The notes under the pieces: model-generated
What the model saw: only the letters and a program-made list of their open reading frames with translations
The model's database searches: none
Told to the model about the DNA's origin: nothing
Program-made: the position numbers and the translations under genes
Origin: an uncultured delta proteobacterium
GTDB taxonomy: Bacteria; Bdellovibrionota; FAC87; UBA2466
Length of the DNA: 64,000 nt
NCBI GenBank assembly: GCA_963778115.1
Contig: CAVZSV010000004.1
Span: 1,920,001-1,984,000 of the forward strand
Direction of reading: 5' to 3'
Shown here: positions 58,598 through 64,000 of the stretch, piece after piece
How positions within the stretch are numbered: the stretch's first letter is position 1
How the letters are laid out: every line of letters starts with the position of its first letter

Positions 58598-60877
58598 TCA
58601 GTATTTCAGTTGAGTGAACTTCATCGAGATCTTTTTTACCCCTCGCCCCGGAAACTCCACCATGAGCTTATCTCCTCCGAGCAATTCTCTCACAACCCCT
58701 TCTCCAAAAGTAGGATGGACAACACGACTGCCCCGATGCAATTCGACATCCGAATAACTTTCATCGCTTGGCCCAGAGCTTCCCCATTCATCGATATCAC
58801 CGGCGGGAAGTTGGCTGAACTCTTCGTACGCGTCGTTCTCTTCTTTCGGCCGCGGAGGTAATCCTGGCCGTTCAAGATAGTGACGCCGGCGAGAAAAGTA
58901 GTCTGCCTTCTTAAGATCTCGATAGCTTTCAGGGATCTCTTCGATAAAACGGCTTATCACCCTGAAATGGGCATTCCCAAAGACGGTGCGATTTTTAGCA
59001 TAGAAGAGTCGAAGCCGCTTGCGGGCGCGGGTCATCGCGACATAGAAAAGTCGGCGTTCCTCTTCGATGGAAGCTTCATCAGCGGGCTCCCATCCTCTAA
59101 TGCTGGGAAAGAGCTCTTCTTCCAAACCTACAATCATCACTACGTCGAACTCTAACCCCTTAGCCATGTGAATGGTCATCATCTTAAGAGCGGGAGCTTC
59201 GGGATCAAATTTGTCGGTACCGGAGACGAGCGCTATCTCTTCCAAGAAACCGGCCAGAGTGATCGGTTTTTCGGGATGATCGGCCCCCGAACGCAGTTCA
59301 TATTCGATGATACTTTGACGAAGCTCCGCCAAGTTTTCAAGACGGCTCTGCGCTTCTACGCTTTGTTCATCAGAAAGACTCTTGCGATAGTTGCTCTCTT
59401 CCAAAACGTAATTGAGCAAATCGGAAGGTAGCATGGAGTCTTTGCACTCATTAAACCGCTGAATCATCTCAAAAAACTGTTTGAAGTTTTTCTTGGCTCT
59501 TCCCAAATCGACAAGCTCGGTTCCGTCTCTGCCGAATATTGATTCCAAGAGCTGCATGTGGCTTAAGCGCATCTCCGAGGCCTGTTTGGAGAAGCGTTCG
59601 AGGGATACCGCCCCAATTCCACGGGCCGGGACATTGATGATCCTGCGAAAGCTGACGTCGTCCTGCGGATTGGAGAGAAGCTTCAAGTAAGCCAAAGCAT
59701 CTTTGACTTCCAACCTGTCATAAAACTTAAGGCCACCATACACCTGGTAGTTAAGCCCTTTGGATCTGAGCATGTCTTCGATCAATCGAGACTGAGCATT
59801 CGTCCGATAGAAAACAGCGACTTGATTGAGAGGAAACTCCTCAATGGCCTCTTGGATCTGAGCTACGAGCTTAAAAGCTTCGTCGTGTTCGTCGTAAGCT
59901 TCGACCACTTCGATCTTTTCGCCGCTGTCATTTTGCGTCCACAGCGTTTTGTCTCGTCGCTCGGTATTGTAGGAGATGACCGCACTTGCCGCTTCGATAA
60001 TATTTTTTGTCGACCGATAATTTTCTTCGAGTTTGAAAATCTTAGCGTTAGGAAAGTCTTTTTCGAAGTTAAGAATATTGGTGATGTCGGCCCCGCGCCA
60101 ACGGTAGATAGACTGATCTTCATCTCCTACCGCGCAAATATTGCCATGCGCGCTCGCCAAGAGCTTCATCAAAAGATACTGGGCGCGGTTAGTGTCCTGA
60201 TATTCGTCTATTAAAAGATACCGAAACCGCTGCTGGTAATTCGCCAGAATTCGAGGATGTTTCTGAAAAAGCCGTACGGTCATTAAGATGAGATCGGCAA
60301 AGTCTAAAGCCGAGCACATTTTGAGCGCTTCGCCATAGCGAATAAAGATTCGCACGAAAGCATCTTCCAAAGGGCCGCCATAGCTAGACTTATAGGTCTG
60401 GTGATCTTCGCCTTCGTTCTTAATCTTATTGATCCGCCCCTGAATCGCTTTGGGGGAGATGACGTTGTCACTCACATTGAGCTCTTTCATGCACGCTTTG
60501 ATAAGCGAGAGCTGATCGGAATCGTCATAGATCGTAAACTGATTGTTGTAACCCAGGTGATGGATATCGGACCTAAGAATACGAACACAGGCCGAATGGA
60601 AGGTCGCTATCCACATCTCTTGGCTAGCGAATTTTAGCTCCGGGATCCTATCTAATATCTGATGCACTCGATGGCGCATCTCTCCAGCGGCTTTATTGGT
60701 GAAAGTAACGGCAAAGATCTCTCCCGGATCCGCACGGCGCTGAAAGATAAGGTGAGCAATGCGGTGAGTAAGCACCCGGGTCTTTCCGCTTCCCGCACCC
60801 GCCAAAATAAGGATAGGCCCGTCTCCGCTAATAACCGCTTCACTTTGCGGGATATTTAGGCCTTTCAAATAGTCCAA
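58598..60877 (-). CDS. pcrA: ATP-dependent DNA helicase PcrA/UvrD
   Basis: LAGAGSGKT, TFTNKAA, DEYQDTN, VGDEDQSIY.WRGA, LEENYRS, TIHMAKGLEF and EERRLFYVAMTRA motifs; C-terminal Tudor-like H..FG.G. Confidence 0.96.
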   Translation of the reverse strand: MDYLKGLNIPQSEAVISGDGPILILAGAGSGKTRVLTHRIAHLIFQRRADPGEIFAVTFTNKAAGEMRHRVHQILDRIPELKFASQEMWIATFHSACVRILRSDIHHLGYNNQFTIYDDSDQLSLIKACMKELNVSDNVISPKAIQGRINKIKNEGEDHQTYKSSYGGPLEDAFVRIFIRYGEALKMCSALDFADLILMTVRLFQKHPRILANYQQRFRYLLIDEYQDTNRAQYLLMKLLASAHGNICAVGDEDQSIYRWRGADITNILNFEKDFPNAKIFKLEENYRSTKNIIEAASAVISYNTERRDKTLWTQNDSGEKIEVVEAYDEHDEAFKLVAQIQEAIEEFPLNQVAVFYRTNAQSRLIEDMLRSKGLNYQVYGGLKFYDRLEVKDALAYLKLLSNPQDDVSFRRIINVPARGIGAVSLERFSKQASEMRLSHMQLLESIFGRDGTELVDLGRAKKNFKQFFEMIQRFNECKDSMLPSDLLNYVLEESNYRKSLSDEQSVEAQSRLENLAELRQSIIEYELRSGADHPEKPITLAGFLEEIALVSGTDKFDPEAPALKMMTIHMAKGLEFDVVMIVGLEEELFPSIRGWEPADEASIEEERRLFYVAMTRARKRLRLFYAKNRTVFGNAHFRVISRFIEEIPESYRDLKKADYFSRRRHYLERPGLPPRPKEENDAYEEFSQLPAGDIDEWGSSGPSDESYSDVELHRGSRVVHPTFGEGVVRELLGGDKLMVEFPGRGVKKISMKFTQLKY

Positions 60878-60972
60878 AAAAGAGCTCTCCGTTGGGGAAG
60901 AAGGTATCTCAAGGAAGGATTTGAGTCACGTACGGGTTATTTGCGGATCTCGCACTAGCTCTTCCCCCAAAT

Positions 60973-61003
60973 AAAAAAGAGGGAGCCCTTTCAGGCCCCC
61001 TCT
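60973..61003 (-). terminator. Rho-independent terminator after the 61035-61454 gene
   Basis: Minus strand AGAGGGGGCCT-GAAA-GGGCTCCCTCT followed by a T-run. Confidence 0.75.
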
Positions 61004-61034
61004 CCTTGTCCCCAACCCTAAATAGGGACAGAGA

Positions 61035-61454
61035 CTACTTGTTCTTCAAATAGCGTGAGCAGACGAGATCTTTAACTTCGCGATCGCCGTCCTTCACCAG
61101 GATCAATTGACCATCGGCTGTTTCGCCGTCGGCAAGGACTTCTAGGCCTTCCTTGAAACTGATTTGCAAGATGACCTGATCGGCATCCACTTTGCGGCTG
61201 CCTTCGGCGGTGTATCGCACGGTGTTTAATCGGTTGGTCTTGCTGATATCAGCTCCTTTTCGAACCAAGAGCGTTCCTTCGTCATTGCTGACTACCAAAG
61301 CAGCCGGGGTGCGAGTGCCTTGAGTAGGATCCACATTGTTGAAGAGTTTTACGTTATAGCCGTCGTTAGACTCACATTTGAATCCGCTTGCGAATACGGA
61401 CGTGCAAAGAACGAGGGCCGACACAGCGAACACACTGACGATGTTCTTTTTCAT
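61035..61454 (-). CDS. Small secreted hypothetical protein
   Basis: SD AGGAG; signal peptide ending VFA; Cys near both ends of the mature chain. Confidence 0.8.
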   Translation of the reverse strand: MKKNIVSVFAVSALVLCTSVFASGFKCESNDGYNVKLFNNVDPTQGTRTPAALVVSNDEGTLLVRKGADISKTNRLNTVRYTAEGSRKVDADQVILQISFKEGLEVLADGETADGQLILVKDGDREVKDLVCSRYLKNK

Positions 61455-61825
61455 GATACTACTCCTAGAAACAAACTAGGCCCCTAGGCTCCGGACGGAG
61501 TTCGGATGGCCTTAGCGGATGGAAAATTCGACGCCCCAAGCGTCGGTAAACGTCCAACCGAAACAATAAAGTTTAGGGTTTCTGGAGCCGAAAAATTCGA
61601 GAGGTCGTTTCCCCAACCCAAATTGAGGGCGACTTGCGGTAAGAAGTGCTCCATGGCTTTCGCCATTCTCTTAGGAGTGAGGGAGTTTTATTTCCCTTGA
61701 GATGGTAGATAGAAAATTTGAATCTTACCGTCAAGGAATTTTTTTAGAGGCGCGAGAGTGGTAGCTAAAAAAGCATAGGTACCACACCGATAGATCTCCT
61801 TCTCTTCCTGATCTACTATAGCCGA

Positions 61826-63847
61826 ATGCGTTTTCTACTCAGTCTCATCATCACTTTTACTTTCGCTCTACCGTGTTTTGCGCGTCACCACACAAGTAGA
61901 CATCCCGCGTCAACTCCCGCTTCAAGCTCCGCACTCCGAAAAATTTTGGAGATTGAAGACCACCGAATTGCCAAGGACCGCTTTCTCGCAAGTTCCGTCA
62001 TGAGCCCTTCCACCGGAGTTGCTCACGCCGCTATCCTAGCTCTCGGGCGTATCGGAGACACCGGTGCTTTCGATGAAATGGCTACGGTTATGAATCGAGG
62101 AAACTCCGATCTTAAAGCCATTACGTCTTTTTCCTTGGGACTTATCGGAGGAGATTTCCCTCTCAAGCTTCTGGTTCAGGAAGCAGCTCTCAACAAAAGT
62201 CCTGACGTACTCGCTCCGGTTTTGGTAGGAATCGGGCGCGCGGGCACGGAGAGAAGCCAGCAGCTACTCGCGAATTATATCAGCCCGGGCAATCATCCCA
62301 GAGTGATCGAATCGGCTTGTTTCGGACTTGGACTTTTGTGGTCGGGCAAGTCAGAAACGTGGGCGGTTCCTGATGGCGTTCTGGTGCGTTTAGCTGAAAT
62401 CGCTAAAGGAGACACGCTCCCAGCACTCTCCGCAGCGTTTGCCCTTTCTCGTTATAAAGCGGATCCCAAAAACTTTCCGGTCAAAGAGATCATTTCCGCT
62501 GCCCTCCAATCTCAATTGGTCTATGGCAAAGCGTTTCTGATCAAATCCCTCGCAAAGACTAAAAACAGCTCTGTTAGCGACGCGCTCATTCAACTCGCCG
62601 CCGGAAATAGTTACCCCCCTTTGCAAATCGAAGCCTCCAAAGCCCTCGCCGCCCAAGACATTACCACTCCGGGACTCAATGCACTTAAGGGGTTACTGGA
62701 TTCGCCGGATTCGGGTGTCGTAGTGACCGCCCTGGAGACGCTAGCGAGTTATGGACAAGCGGCCATTGCCACCGCGGACGCGGTAGAAACCCTTTTTCAA
62801 ACCACAGGCTCGGTCTGGGTGAGAGGTTCGGCCCTTGAAACACTGGCGCGACTAACCCCTTCAACGACTAGACCCAGAATTTTAGAGATCCTAAAAATAA
62901 AATCCTCTCCCATTCGATCTTCGGCGGCTCACGCCATTGCGGGAATTAATTCGCCCGATGACGGGGATCTAATCGCCTCGTTACTCAAATCTGATGAGAT
63001 CAAAGTAGTAGAAGACACGTTGGAAGGGCTGATGCTGTGGGGAGGACCTGGAATCTCCTCGACGATAAAAGCAGCCATGAGAAATGCCCTGGAAAAGGCC
63101 GACGTCGGAATTACGTCCATGGTAGCGGAACTCGCCGAAAAGATGCGCTGGAAAGATTTCGCGACTTCCCTTGCGACTACCTATCCGCTCCTCACTCGTC
63201 CCGATCAGCTCGAGGCCAAAGAATCCATTCTCTCTGCCCTTGGTACCGTCGGTGACAACTCCCACTTGCCCCTACTGCAATCGGCCCTGAACGATCCCGA
63301 AAAAGGGGTAGTAAGTGCCGCGGGGGATGCCATCAAAGCCATTTCGGGAAAAGATGAAAGCGCAAGAATTCCGCTAAACAGCCAAGTCAAAGACAGTACG
63401 CCCTCAAGTGCAACAATCGCCAATGCCATCGGACGTAAAGCCATCATCGTCACTTCTCGCGGAGACATTACCCTCAAGTTTCTTAATGTAGCTCCCGTGA
63501 CGGTGGCCCGTTTTGTCGAACTGGCGAAAAAGGGTTTCTACCGAAATACTATTTTCCACCGCGTGGTTCCCAACTTCGTTATCCAAGGGGGAGATCCCAG
63601 AGGAGATGGTTATGGGGGGCCCGGATTTTTAATTCGCGATGAGGTCTCCCCAACACGCCACTCTCGCGGCACTGTCGGCCTCGCCACGGCCGGCAAAGAT
63701 ACCGGTGGAAGCCAATTCTTTATCAATCTCTCTCCCAATCCCCATCTCGATGGTCGGTACACGGTATTTGCGGAGGTAACCAAAGGGATGGAGGTCGCGG
63801 ATAAGATTGAGGTTGGGGATAAGATTGTGGCGATTAAGATTCAGTAG
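61826..63847 (+). CDS. HEAT-repeat/cyclophilin-type peptidyl-prolyl isomerase fusion
   Basis: Signal peptide; HEAT-like repeats; FHRVVPNFVIQGGDPRGDG.GGPG, AGKDTGGSQFFI and HLDGRYTVF motifs. Confidence 0.93.
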   Translation: MRFLLSLIITFTFALPCFARHHTSRHPASTPASSSALRKILEIEDHRIAKDRFLASSVMSPSTGVAHAAILALGRIGDTGAFDEMATVMNRGNSDLKAITSFSLGLIGGDFPLKLLVQEAALNKSPDVLAPVLVGIGRAGTERSQQLLANYISPGNHPRVIESACFGLGLLWSGKSETWAVPDGVLVRLAEIAKGDTLPALSAAFALSRYKADPKNFPVKEIISAALQSQLVYGKAFLIKSLAKTKNSSVSDALIQLAAGNSYPPLQIEASKALAAQDITTPGLNALKGLLDSPDSGVVVTALETLASYGQAAIATADAVETLFQTTGSVWVRGSALETLARLTPSTTRPRILEILKIKSSPIRSSAAHAIAGINSPDDGDLIASLLKSDEIKVVEDTLEGLMLWGGPGISSTIKAAMRNALEKADVGITSMVAELAEKMRWKDFATSLATTYPLLTRPDQLEAKESILSALGTVGDNSHLPLLQSALNDPEKGVVSAAGDAIKAISGKDESARIPLNSQVKDSTPSSATIANAIGRKAIIVTSRGDITLKFLNVAPVTVARFVELAKKGFYRNTIFHRVVPNFVIQGGDPRGDGYGGPGFLIRDEVSPTRHSRGTVGLATAGKDTGGSQFFINLSPNPHLDGRYTVFAEVTKGMEVADKIEVGDKIVAIKIQ

Positions 63848-63915
63848 TGACAGAAAAAAGGGACATTGCGAGCAGGCCAAAGGACGATGCGGCAACCTGT
63901 AGGTCCTAGAGGCTC

Positions 63916-64000
63916 CTACGCCACCGGCTTTTTTCTAGCGACGACTTGTGGTTTTGCCTGCCCTGAGAGCAAATACTCGTACATTTCAAATACCTGATTC
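63916..64000 (-). CDS. Possible 3' end of a gene entering from the right edge
   Basis: Open minus frame NQVFEMYEYLLSGQAKPQVVARKKPVA-stop; too short to identify. Confidence 0.35.
   Translation of the reverse strand, partial: NQVFEMYEYLLSGQAKPQVVARKKPVA

Overview
A 64-kb bacterial chromosomal segment. Its gene content suggests, by inference, a Bdellovibrionota/Oligoflexia-like or related deltaproteobacterial lineage: many Sec-signal hypothetical proteins, a VWA lipoprotein, a TPR-winged-helix regulator and a HEAT-cyclophilin fusion. The housekeeping backbone is a hybrid kinase/CheR/RR-kinase cluster, tRNA-Asn(GTT), yciH/SUI1, msrA, bolA-grxD-DsbD-N, gmd, gatCAB, pcrA/uvrD and a PPIase. No integrase, transposase, phage gene, rRNA or CRISPR array was recognised. 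The most unusual part is a ~16-kb accessory block between gatC and the GNAT/pcrA genes (41.8-57.7 kb). Its right arm is a tightly coupled tandem array of six paralogous secreted proteins. They share a Cys-containing N-terminal domain; the five long copies add a C-type-lectin-like middle and an HTH/LysM-like helical module, then carry different C-termini (coiled coil or DUF1036-like). One copy is reduced to the N-domain, one is split by two homopolymer frameshifts, and a seventh divergent paralog lies 40 kb away (8045-9436). The left arm is a divergent operon encoding a secreted protein, a TPR-wHTH regulator, an atypical trypsin-like protease and an RCC1-like protein. Other notable items: a divergent GshB-like ligase head-to-head with a phytochelatin-synthase-like gene, an FqrB-like flavoprotein, a Gly/Tyr-rich repeat protein, recurrent hexamer-periodic intergenic elements, several apparently leaderless genes and sigma54-type promoters. 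All family assignments come from motif recognition by eye; no searches were run.
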